From contig JAXGZN010000002.1 in the NCBI GenBank assembly GCA_040776945.1, positions 896,001-960,000 on the forward strand: a DNA stretch of 64,000 nt. The letters run 5' to 3'. A model generated the notes under the pieces. The model was given only the letters and a program-made list of their open reading frames with translations, made no database searches and was not told the DNA's origin. The stretch comes from Methanomassiliicoccaceae archaeon (GTDB lineage Archaea > Thermoplasmatota > Thermoplasmata > Methanomassiliicoccales > Methanomassiliicoccaceae). Positions 9,733 through 18,741 of this stretch are shown here, piece after piece. Numbering within the stretch: the stretch's first letter is position 1; every line of letters begins with the position of its first letter. The position numbers were made by a program, and so were the translations under genes.

Positions 9733-10391
9733 TCCTTGACGCTCTCTAGATAGAGGTCGCAGAACTCGGTCACCGGGCATATGCAATGCTTCGGACGCTG
9801 AGGGGTGCATACCTCCTGTCCGAACCGGACCATTATCTCGTTGACCGATCTCCATCTATCCTTGGGAACTACCGCCATCAGTTGCTCCTCGGTCCCATCC
9901 GGCGTGGCGCTCCTCACAAGACCGATGCGGTTGGAGATGCGGTGGACATGGGTGTCCACGCAGATGACGTCCTTCTCGAACGCGTAGGCAAGGACACAGT
10001 TGGCGGTCTTCCGTCCGACCATGGGTAGCGCCATAAGGCCCTCGATTGTGTCCGGGACGCGATCGTCCAGTTCCTGGTGCACGATCCTCGCGATCTCCCT
10101 TATGGCCTTGGTCTTGCCGCGATGGAAGTTCACGTTCCGTATCAGCTCATCGATCTCGTCCTCCGGGGCGGCCATAAGCTTGGCCGGATCATCATACCGC
10201 GAGAACAGTCTCTCTGAAGCGGCATAGGTGCTTTCATCCCGGTTGCGCTGAGAGAGCACCGTGGCCACCAGCATGGTGAAGGGAGTGGCGCGCCAGGACG
10301 GCTCCTGTCCAGGGGCCGAGCCTGGCGAGGCTTTGTCCGAGGTGCAACGCTCCAGGCGGTCCAGGATCTCATCTATCGGCTTTCCTTCCAT
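9729..10391 (-). CDS. nth: Endonuclease III
   Basis: HhH LPMVGRKTAN, VDTHVHR, C-terminal FeS loop (one Cys position is His: CTPQRPKHCICPVTEFC). Confidence 0.92.
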   Translation of the reverse strand: MEGKPIDEILDRLERCTSDKASPGSAPGQEPSWRATPFTMLVATVLSQRNRDESTYAASERLFSRYDDPAKLMAAPEDEIDELIRNVNFHRGKTKAIREIARIVHQELDDRVPDTIEGLMALPMVGRKTANCVLAYAFEKDVICVDTHVHRISNRIGLVRSATPDGTEEQLMAVVPKDRWRSVNEIMVRFGQEVCTPQRPKHCICPVTEFCDLYLESVKD

Positions 10392-11658
10392 CCAACCACC
10401 TGTATGCCTCTCCGACGGTAAAGAGCGAGCCGGTGACCAATATGGTCTCTCCGGCCGCGGCAAGTTCGATAGCCCGGTCCATTGCGCGCGGGACCTCCGG
10501 GACCACCTCCACCGTGCTGCAGTAACGGCCCAGCGCCCTGGCGGTCGCGACCGGGGGGAACGCCCGCGGGGTCGCCGGAGCGGTGGCCACAGCTACCTTG
10601 GCCAGCTTACCGAAGTTGGATGCTATCCCATCCAGGTCCTTATCGTCGAGCACGCCCATGACCAGAACGACATCTTCGCCTATGAGCCTCCTGACCTCAG
10701 AGGCCACCTCCCTTGACCCGTCCGGGGTGTGGGTCACGTCGAACATGATGGGGGGCGCGGAGGACACCATCTCCATCCTTCCAGGCCATCGTACCTTGAG
10801 GAGCCCTCCGGCTATGGCCTCGTCGGAGATGTATACCCCCCGCCTCATGAGCTCGGCGATCAGGCTGCAGGCGATAGCGCAGTTGGCGCCCTGATATCGG
10901 CCTACAAGAGGGGTCCGGACGGTCATGTCCAGTTCCTCGACTCGCACCTCGGTGCCTTCCAGCGTGGAGCTCACGATCTCAAAAGCGACGTCACGCCCGA
11001 CCACTTTGAACGGGGCGTGCCTCTCAATGGCAACGCGCTGAAGCGATCTGACGACCTCGCTGTCCTGGTCCATCGTGATGACCGGAACCCCCGTCTTGAT
11101 GATGCCCGCTTTCTCCAAGGCGATCGCCTCAAGAGTGTCGCCCAAGTATCTGGTGTGCTCGAGCCCGATCCGGGTGATGGCGCAGCAGTCCGGCTCGATC
11201 ACGTTGGTCGCGTCCAGCCTACCGCCCATGCCTACCTCCACAACTGCCTCCTCGACCCCCGAGTCGGCGAAGTGGACGAAGGCCATGGCTGTCGCAAGTT
11301 CAAAGAAAGTGGGCCGTTCCTCTGGAAGGCCGGAGCCCTCGACGATCTCCCGGACCTCCTCGATGAGCCGGAGCAGCTCCTTACGGAGTATGCACTGGCC
11401 ATCGACCCTGATCCGTTCCCGGAAATCGACCAGGTGGGGCGAGGTGTACAGTCCCGTGACGTACCCTGCCTCCTGCAGCACTGATGCCGTCATCGCACTG
11501 ACCGACCCTTTACCGTTGCTCCCGGCGATGTGCACCGAACGGAACCGGCGATGGGGATCTCCCAGCTTGCCGAGGAGCTTGGATATATTACCGAGGCCGA
11601 ACTTGATGCCCATGGTCTCTCGGCCGTACAGCCAGGAGAGCGCATCCTCATATTCCAC
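10369..11658 (-). CDS. folC: Folylpolyglutamate synthase / dihydrofolate synthase
   Basis: GSNGKGS, YTSPHL, EVGMGGRLDATN, WPGRME, TGSL; GTG start estimated. Confidence 0.93.
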   Translation of the reverse strand: MEYEDALSWLYGRETMGIKFGLGNISKLLGKLGDPHRRFRSVHIAGSNGKGSVSAMTASVLQEAGYVTGLYTSPHLVDFRERIRVDGQCILRKELLRLIEEVREIVEGSGLPEERPTFFELATAMAFVHFADSGVEEAVVEVGMGGRLDATNVIEPDCCAITRIGLEHTRYLGDTLEAIALEKAGIIKTGVPVITMDQDSEVVRSLQRVAIERHAPFKVVGRDVAFEIVSSTLEGTEVRVEELDMTVRTPLVGRYQGANCAIACSLIAELMRRGVYISDEAIAGGLLKVRWPGRMEMVSSAPPIMFDVTHTPDGSREVASEVRRLIGEDVVLVMGVLDDKDLDGIASNFGKLAKVAVATAPATPRAFPPVATARALGRYCSTVEVVPEVPRAMDRAIELAAAGETILVTGSLFTVGEAYRWLDGRKADR

Positions 11659-11680
11659 GCCCGCCCATAGCCTCCTTGGC

Positions 11681-12457
11681 TTAACTATGTTGCTCATGGG
11701 CAAGGCTGATAAGATATCCCTCAATGGTCAGCTTCTCCCTTCTCGCCTCCGACCTGATTACCTTCATGAGCCCGGAGCCGTATTGGGCCGCCTTCTTCTC
11801 TCTTGATGCGATGAGTTCGCCTCCCAGGGAACGGGCCGCGGACCTCAGGGGGACCTTTCTCACACTCCCCTGGACCTTATCAGAGACCGGCATCGAGGCC
11901 GCGATCTTCCTCACCCGCGGATAGAGGAAAGGGCGCTCCACGCACTTGCCGTACCTTGAGGCGATGGCGTCCTCCAATGGGACGGTCCGTTCGAGCAGTT
12001 CGACCAGGTCTTCAGACATGGACCTATGGGCATCCTCCGGGGCCATCCCTTGATAGCGGGAGTAACCGCCGAACAGCTCGTCGGCCCCTTGTCCGCTGAT
12101 CAGCGTACCCTCCTCGGCCCGGGAGGCCACAATATGGAGCGGCAGCTCGAAGGATAGAACGATAGGGCTCGTAATATTGACGTTCCTCAGGAGCTCGCGG
12201 CAGGCATCGACCACGTCGTTGGGCGTCATGACCAGGGGCGACCATGGGAGCCCAAGGGATCTGGAGGCCTCCTCGCTCATCAGCATGTCATGTGACCCTT
12301 CCAGCCCCACGGTGTATAAGTGGGGAAGGCCATGCCTCCTGGCCAGGAGCGCGAGTAGCCCGCTGTCGAGGCCCCCTGAGAACATGATGGCCACCGGTCC
12401 CCTCGCCATTATTCCTTCCATTGCGTCATCAAGGGCTTCCAGGAGAGTGCCGGACAT
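11681..12457 (-). CDS. Asparagine synthase C-terminal (synthetase) domain-only protein
   Basis: FSGGLDSG, SGQGADELFGGY, PFL, KKAAQYGSG; no Ntn-glutaminase domain. Confidence 0.85.
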   Translation of the reverse strand: MSGTLLEALDDAMEGIMARGPVAIMFSGGLDSGLLALLARRHGLPHLYTVGLEGSHDMLMSEEASRSLGLPWSPLVMTPNDVVDACRELLRNVNITSPIVLSFELPLHIVASRAEEGTLISGQGADELFGGYSRYQGMAPEDAHRSMSEDLVELLERTVPLEDAIASRYGKCVERPFLYPRVRKIAASMPVSDKVQGSVRKVPLRSAARSLGGELIASREKKAAQYGSGLMKVIRSEARREKLTIEGYLISLAHEQHS

Positions 12458-12544
12458 GCGATGGTCCCGTCCTCCGCGTTGGCGGTGGATGACCGGAACC
12501 ATCTCCATGTTTTTAATACCGGCCTCGACAATTGGCCGAGCGCC

Positions 12545-12997
12545 ATGGACAAGGTGACCCGTATAGGTATTTCGCTCGAACCGGAGCTGCTGAAAGAGTT
12601 CGACGACCTTGTGGCGGGTAAGGGATACACCAACCGCTCCGAGGCCATCAGGGACATCATACGGTCCGCGCTCACCGATGAGCGTTGGAAGGACAGCGAG
12701 GCCGAGGTCGTGGGCACGATCACCATCGTCTACGATCACACCAGGGGCGCTGTTCAGGACCGCCTCATGGAGATACAGCACGGTCATCATACGAACATCG
12801 CCAGCACCATACACATCCACTTGAGCACTGAACAATGCCTCGAGGTGCTGATAGTGTGGGGCAAGGTCAAGGAGGTGCAGCACCTCGCTGACGAGGTGAT
12901 CGCGGTCAAAGGGGTCAACTTCGGAAAATTGACCATGACCTCGGGGTCCATCGATCGCCATCCTCACGAGCCCCCATATCCTCATCGGCATTACTAG
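12545..12997 (+). CDS. nikR: Nickel-responsive transcriptional regulator NikR
   Basis: RHH domain (RIGISL, NRSEAIRD), YDH, QH, HIH, CLEV. Confidence 0.95.
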   Translation: MDKVTRIGISLEPELLKEFDDLVAGKGYTNRSEAIRDIIRSALTDERWKDSEAEVVGTITIVYDHTRGAVQDRLMEIQHGHHTNIASTIHIHLSTEQCLEVLIVWGKVKEVQHLADEVIAVKGVNFGKLTMTSGSIDRHPHEPPYPHRHY

Positions 12998-13073
12998 CCA
13001 GTCTTCCAAGCGTTCGGACGCGGACAGCTCAAAGGACATATTTTTTATACTCCATGCCCTTTGGTCGAGGGCC

Positions 13074-15515
13074 ATGAGCAGGCTCATCATCTCAGAGAAG
13101 AGCGATGCCGCGGCCAGGATCGCTACGATCCTATCAAGGGGCGGCTCCAAGAGGACCAGCGTCAATAAGGTGCCGGTCTTCCAGTTCGAGGACGATGGCG
13201 GGCCAGTGCATGTCGTAGGTCTGAGGGGCCACATCATCGAGCTGGACTACCCTCCGGCCATGAACGATTGGAGAGGGGTCGCTCTCGCGGACCTCATCAA
13301 GGCTGAACCGGAGAAGCGCATCACCGCTCACAATATCGTATCCACCCTCCGGGACATATCCAAGGACGTCGAGGAAGTGGTCATCGCCACTGACTTCGAC
13401 CGTGAGGGAGAGCTCATCGGCCTGGAAACGGCCAGGTTATTGGACCTGAGCGGGAAGAGGGTCAGCAGGGCCAGGTTCAGCGCGTTCACCCGGCAGGAGA
13501 TCGATACCGCTTTCTCGTCCCTCACCGCGCCCGACGAAAGACTGGCCGACTCTGCGGAGTGCCGACAGAAGATCGACCTGGCATGGGGCGCGGTGCTCAC
13601 CCGGTTCATCTCCCTTGCGTCCAACCAAGGAGGAAGCAACTTCCTGTCTGTGGGCAGGGTGCAGAGCCCCACCCTCGCCCTGGTTGTCGCCAAGCACAAT
13701 GCCATCGAGGATTTCGTCCCCCAACCCTACTGGAACGTCACCGCACGGTTCGAGAAGGGCACTGAGTTCACAGGGCAGCATGTGAACAATCCCTTCCGTG
13801 ATGAGTCCAAGGCCGCCGAGGCCCTGGCCTCCTGCAAGGGGCAAGACCGGGGAAAGGTCACCAGGTACGAGAGGAGCGAGAAGGACGAGTATCCCCTGCC
13901 GCCGTTCAATACCACCATGATGCTGACGGAGGCCAATAAGCTAGGGTTCACCGCCGCGAGGGCGATGAAGGTCGCTGAGGACCTCTATACAGCAGGGTAC
14001 ATCTCGTACCCCAGGACTGACAATACCGTCTATCCGACCTCTCTGGGCCTTAGGCGCATACTGGAGAAGCTCAAAGAGTCGGAGGACCTTAGGAAGGATG
14101 CCGAGGAGCTTCTGCAGCAAGAGCACATACGGCCGTCCAGAGGGAAGGTGCAGACCACCGACCACCCTCCGATCTATCCAACGGAAGGGGCCACCAGCAA
14201 GAAGCTGAAGGGCGAGAAATGGGCGATCTATGAGCTTGTCGCCAGAAGGTTCATGGCCACCGTCGCGCCGCCAGCCAAGGCCCAGTTGTCCAGCGCTTCT
14301 GTGGACGTCAATGGTGAGACGTTCGATTCCAAGGGATACAAACTGCTATCCCCCGGTTGGAAGAAGTACTATCCCTACTTCAAGGTCAACGAGATCGACC
14401 TTCCCGAACTGGTCGTGGGCGAGGAGGTGGTCCTGAAGGACGTTGGGTCTGAAAAGAAGATGACGCAGCCCCCGGCGCGCTATTCTCAAGGCAGTCTCAT
14501 CCAAGAGATGGAGAGGCTGTCGCTGGGAACAAAATCCACCAGGCATGACATCATTCAAAAGCTGTACGACCGCAAGTACGTGGAAGGGAACGATCTAATA
14601 CCTACGGCAAGCGGCATCGCGGTAGCCGAGGCATTGAAGAGGCATGCCCAGATAGTAACAGACCCCAAGATGACCGCCCACCTGGAAAAGGACATGGATG
14701 ATATAGCCACCGGGAAGACCACCTTAGACGAGGTTGTCGTTGAGTCCCAGGACATGCTCTCGGACATCTTGGAGACCATGGAAAGGAACCGCGCGCAGAT
14801 AGGGGAGGAGATCAGGAAGGCCATCGAGGAGCAGCATTACATGGGCAAATGTCCTGATTGCGGGGCCGACCTCAAGGTCATCAGGGCCAAGTTCGGAAGG
14901 CCCTTCGTAGGCTGCTCCAACTATCCAGAGTGCAAGCGCATCTACCAGTACCCGCCGTCTGCCCTGGTCCAGCCGACCGGCGATATCTGCGAGAAGTGCG
15001 GCTCACCCATGGTGCGGGTCGTCCGCAGGGGTCAGCCCCCACAGGTACAATGCCTTGACCCTGGGTGCGAGAGCAACCGGGAAAGGACCGTGGCCGGGAC
15101 CTGCCCGAAGTGCGGCAAGGATCTCAGGGTCCTTTACTCGAGGGCGGGGAAGCGCTTCCTGGGATGCTCCGGATATCCGGAATGCAAGCAGACCTATCCG
15201 CTTCCTCAGCTGGGGAAGTTCACCGCCACCGGGGATATGTGCGAACAATGCGGAGCGCCCATATTGCAGATCTGGATGAGGGGACAGTCTTGGAAATCCT
15301 GCGCGGATATGGATTGCCCGTCCAAGGGGACCGATAAAAAGGAGAGCAAGAAGAAGGCCGCCCCCAAGAAGGGTCCTAGCGCCAAGACCTCCTCAAAAAA
15401 GACGAAGAGCGCTGGCGGTACCACCGGGTCGAAGCCCAAGAAGACGGGGGCTAAGAGGACGGCGGCCAAAAGTTCGGGGAGCCCGAGAGCGGACGCCGAG
15501 GCCGGCCCCGAGTGA
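13074..15515 (+). CDS. topA: DNA topoisomerase I (type IA) with Zn ribbons and Lys-rich tail
   Basis: SEK, ATDFDREGE, GRVQSPTL, YISYPRTD; C4 zinc ribbons. Confidence 0.97.
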   Translation: MSRLIISEKSDAAARIATILSRGGSKRTSVNKVPVFQFEDDGGPVHVVGLRGHIIELDYPPAMNDWRGVALADLIKAEPEKRITAHNIVSTLRDISKDVEEVVIATDFDREGELIGLETARLLDLSGKRVSRARFSAFTRQEIDTAFSSLTAPDERLADSAECRQKIDLAWGAVLTRFISLASNQGGSNFLSVGRVQSPTLALVVAKHNAIEDFVPQPYWNVTARFEKGTEFTGQHVNNPFRDESKAAEALASCKGQDRGKVTRYERSEKDEYPLPPFNTTMMLTEANKLGFTAARAMKVAEDLYTAGYISYPRTDNTVYPTSLGLRRILEKLKESEDLRKDAEELLQQEHIRPSRGKVQTTDHPPIYPTEGATSKKLKGEKWAIYELVARRFMATVAPPAKAQLSSASVDVNGETFDSKGYKLLSPGWKKYYPYFKVNEIDLPELVVGEEVVLKDVGSEKKMTQPPARYSQGSLIQEMERLSLGTKSTRHDIIQKLYDRKYVEGNDLIPTASGIAVAEALKRHAQIVTDPKMTAHLEKDMDDIATGKTTLDEVVVESQDMLSDILETMERNRAQIGEEIRKAIEEQHYMGKCPDCGADLKVIRAKFGRPFVGCSNYPECKRIYQYPPSALVQPTGDICEKCGSPMVRVVRRGQPPQVQCLDPGCESNRERTVAGTCPKCGKDLRVLYSRAGKRFLGCSGYPECKQTYPLPQLGKFTATGDMCEQCGAPILQIWMRGQSWKSCADMDCPSKGTDKKESKKKAAPKKGPSAKTSSKKTKSAGGTTGSKPKKTGAKRTAAKSSGSPRADAEAGPE

Positions 15516-16093
15516 TGTTGGCGGGCCCCTCATCACCTGCCTTTGGTCGTCTGTATCTGAGCACCTCGTCGGAATGGGCCTTCGCCACGTTCTCGGAGCG
15601 TTGCTGTAGGACGTGACCGTCAGTCCATCGTGCAACCATTATATCGTTGGCCATGTGAGAACGGGGTCATGAACCGCGAGGTGACCAAAGGGCGCTCGTC
15701 AGGCCTAAAGATGTCTGAACACTGGTTATCCGAGGACCTACCATTCCTTGTTCCCGCCGACCCGATCTATGAACATACTATTATCTCGAGAGCATCGGCG
15801 TCGATGGGTGGAGAGAGTATCTCGGCAAGGACGGAACGGCGGCCTTCTCTGTCGTGCGGGCTCATCGGACGATCCGCCAAGGGAACGGGGTCGACCCCTG
15901 GCCACTGTGCGAGCATCAACGATATGATGTCCGGTGATGCGGACATCGGGGCCGTGATGGGGTCCTGCAGTCTCGGAGCTGAGCTCGGGACGCCGGAGAC
16001 CTCCGGAGGCCCCGAGGACAAAGCTGGTAGCGCGCGAAAGGACGGTCCTTGCATCGGCGGGACGATGGGGCGTGCGGGGAACAGGTGAGCTGG

Positions 16094-16513
16094 ATGGCCG
16101 CGGTTCGATGCCCGATATGCGATAAGAGACTGGTTGCCGCCGACGGGGACATTTTGTCCGGCGCCCTCACCATGCACTTCCACCGCGATCACGGTCTCGT
16201 GCTCCCGGACCCAGAACTTATCACCGGAGGCCGTGAGGGCCATGTGTCAAGCCTGGCCGAGCTGAGCGATATCGAAGAGGGTGAGACCCGAGGAGGTTCG
16301 CCGGCCTATGGAGGAGCTATGACCCAACGGGGAGGGGCCTTGTACGGTGTGACCGGTCCTCCTCGGTCCATCGCGGGCCGCGGCAGCAAAGGACACTATG
16401 TGGATTGCCCCATGTGCGGAATGGAGGTCCAAGGGGAGAACGAGGGCGCTCTCTCCTTGAACCTAAGGGAGCACATGGCGAAGCTTCACGAGCTTCCCGC
16501 AGAACGACCTTGA
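16094..16513 (+). CDS. Tandem DUF1059-like C2H2 metal-binding protein
   Basis: Two CPxC...HxxxxH units separated by a Gly-rich linker. Confidence 0.7.
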   Translation: MAAVRCPICDKRLVAADGDILSGALTMHFHRDHGLVLPDPELITGGREGHVSSLAELSDIEEGETRGGSPAYGGAMTQRGGALYGVTGPPRSIAGRGSKGHYVDCPMCGMEVQGENEGALSLNLREHMAKLHELPAERP

Positions 16514-16540
16514 TACGTGAGATAGGTTTGGACCGGCCGG

Positions 16541-17005
16541 TCAATGTTCATGGCCATGCTCGTGGTCATGACCGTGCTCATGGTCATGGTCTCCTTCACA
16601 GTGGGAATGCTCGTGCTTCTCCAGGTCCTCTATGGTCAAGTGGGCGCCGGGAAAAGCTAGTTCCCTCAGAAGTATCGGGTCGACGATCTCTTGGATCTTG
16701 GACCTCTTCAGCCCGTAGAGCAGCACGTTGACGATCAATTCCATCTCTTCGATCCCATCTTCCAGTTTCCCCTTGGTATGCGGTGCGCCGGACTCGTCGA
16801 CCACACTAACTGCCAAGAACCCCTTTCCCTTGGTCTCTACGACGCACTTAATATGGCCGATCAGGTCCGCCCCGGAACGGACGCATTCGAGGGCTATCTT
16901 GGTCATGATCTCCTCGACCCTGCGCACCAGTTCCTCGGACGGCATATGTTGATGCAGGTGCACGTCCGCCCCCACAGCGTATGCGGCGAAATCGGGCGTG
17001 ATCAT
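16541..17005 (-). CDS. Hypothetical protein with His-rich C-terminal tail (putative metal chaperone partner)
   Basis: IGHIK motif; tail HEHSHCEGDHDHEHGHDHEHGHEH; coupled to the upstream GTPase. Confidence 0.8.
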   Translation of the reverse strand: MITPDFAAYAVGADVHLHQHMPSEELVRRVEEIMTKIALECVRSGADLIGHIKCVVETKGKGFLAVSVVDESGAPHTKGKLEDGIEEMELIVNVLLYGLKRSKIQEIVDPILLRELAFPGAHLTIEDLEKHEHSHCEGDHDHEHGHDHEHGHEH

Positions 17006-17601
17006 TATATCACCACTGCATCCACGACCTTGTCCACGTTGGTGCCTTCGACGGCAGATATGGGGATTATAGGCTTGGTACGATTTATGTTCCTGAGCGT
17101 GGCGGTCATCCTTTCGATCTCCGGGCCGCTCACCCTGTCCATCTTATTGATGAGCACCAGGTCGGCGGTCTCAACCTGCCTGGTCAGCGGGCGTCCCAGA
17201 GCCTTGAGGATCACATCGAACCTGGAGGCGTCCACGATCACCGCGGATATGATGCGCCCTATCCCGTTCCCCTGATAGAAATCCATCGCGCTGACGATGG
17301 CCGAAGGGTCGGCAACCCCTGTCGGCTCAATTACAAGGAGGTCGGGGGCGATCTCGGTCTCGATGTCCTGCACTGTTTGCAGAAGGTCAGGTCCAAGGGT
17401 ACAGCATATGCAGCCGCTCGCCAGCTCCTTGATGTTAAGACCGTACTTGCTCATTATCTTGCCATCGATGCCCACTGTCCCGAAGTCGTTGACGATGATA
17501 ACGACCTTCTTGCCCGTGCGCGCAATGATGCGCTCGATTATTGACAATAACAGAGTGGTCTTGCCCGACCCCAAAAAGCCAGCGACGATAAGCATCTCCA
17601 T
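17005..17601 (-). CDS. G3E (CobW/COG0523-like) GTPase
   Basis: GFLGSGKTT, GCICCT, IEPTG, NKMD. Confidence 0.9.
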   Translation of the reverse strand: MEMLIVAGFLGSGKTTLLLSIIERIIARTGKKVVIIVNDFGTVGIDGKIMSKYGLNIKELASGCICCTLGPDLLQTVQDIETEIAPDLLVIEPTGVADPSAIVSAMDFYQGNGIGRIISAVIVDASRFDVILKALGRPLTRQVETADLVLINKMDRVSGPEIERMTATLRNINRTKPIIPISAVEGTNVDKVVDAVVI

Positions 17602-17667
17602 GCGAAGCACCTTGATGCTTAGCGATTCGAAAGACGATATTTAACTATATCCGCAATTCCTGAAGGT

Positions 17668-17907
17668 CTATCGCACCTTGGTCAGTTGGTACCGCAAACC
17701 GACAGGGAACGGCGGGCGGACCTCGAATTCCTCATGGTCTTCAACGCGGATGCCAGAAAAATGACGCTCCAGCTCGTCCCTTTCTCGAGCGATCCTAATA
17801 TTGCGGCATCTTGAGCACTCCACATACTTCCCCAAAGTACGCTTCCTCCGGACCACCTCGGTATCCAGATCGGCGATGGTGCCGCAGCCGCACAGGGCCT
17901 TGTTCAT
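17668..17907 (-). CDS. Small Zn-ribbon hypothetical protein
   Basis: CGCG...ECSRCRN; start estimated. Confidence 0.6.
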   Translation of the reverse strand: MNKALCGCGTIADLDTEVVRRKRTLGKYVECSRCRNIRIARERDELERHFSGIRVEDHEEFEVRPPFPVGLRYQLTKVR

Positions 17908-18276
17908 CGATTTCGGACCAAACACAGGCTCTCTCTCCGTCAATGCTTGATCCCATTGGACCGCTCGGCAACCCCATCCCGTCCTTTCGGACGTTTCAAT
18001 ACTTCGATGATCCCATGAGAGCGTCATAGCATTCGCTATTTTTTATCATTTTAAATTATTGTGAATGTGCTAGACCTAGCCCGCGCCATGGCAAAGGGTC
18101 CCCCCTTATGGTTCATGGCTCACAACGGGCCCGATAAGGATGAACTGGAATGTAGGTTTAAAGATTTCCTTAACAGGTCATGATGGCGAACGATGACGCA
18201 GCGCTATCGCGAACTGCCCAACATGGCACTGAGATCCATTAAGGCCTAGATGATCTTAAAGAGCGGCCTATATGGA

Positions 18277-18741
18277 TCACTGCCCCTCTTCCTTTACCCC
18301 CGCAGGGCCTTTGAGCCTGCAGGGGAACACCTCGACATCGACCGGGATGCCTTTTCTGACGCTTTGCGTAACTATGCAGAAATCCTCGAAGAACGAACGG
18401 CACCGCTTCAGCTTCTCCACATCGTCCGCCTGAGGGAACATCTTCACCGACATGTGGGTGATCCTGAACTGCCTCTTCTCGTTCCTCTCCATGGTAGTGG
18501 TGACCTCGGCACATATCTTGGGGACCTCGGACCTTGACCGCTCCATGCAGTAGACCAGGGAGGCGCATAGGCAGTTGCCTACCGCGGCAGCAAGGAGCTT
18601 CCCGGCATTGGGATGTTCTCCCGAGCCGAGGGGAGCGGGCTCATCCGTGATGAGGTCCTCGATCTTGTCGTTGTCGAAGGATATCCTGAACTTATAGTTC
18701 TCCACCCTGCACATCTTGGTCTTGAACTCGCCTTCTTTCAT
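18277..18741 (-). CDS. OsmC/Ohr family protein
   Basis: DEPAPLG, LLAAAVGNCL, FEDFCIVTQS. Confidence 0.9.
   Translation of the reverse strand: MKEGEFKTKMCRVENYKFRISFDNDKIEDLITDEPAPLGSGEHPNAGKLLAAAVGNCLCASLVYCMERSRSEVPKICAEVTTTMERNEKRQFRITHMSVKMFPQADDVEKLKRCRSFFEDFCIVTQSVRKGIPVDVEVFPCRLKGPAGVKEEGQ

Noticed and set aside
12490-12520. NikR operator upstream of nikR
   Set aside because: Only one TAATAC half-site, with no matching GTATTA at the expected spacing
12458-13237. N-terminal 260 aa of the 518-aa ORF as part of asparagine synthase
   Set aside because: It is antisense to nikR and topA; the real gene starts at 12457
18180-18232. C/D box sRNA
   Set aside because: Imperfect C box and no clear C'/D' boxes
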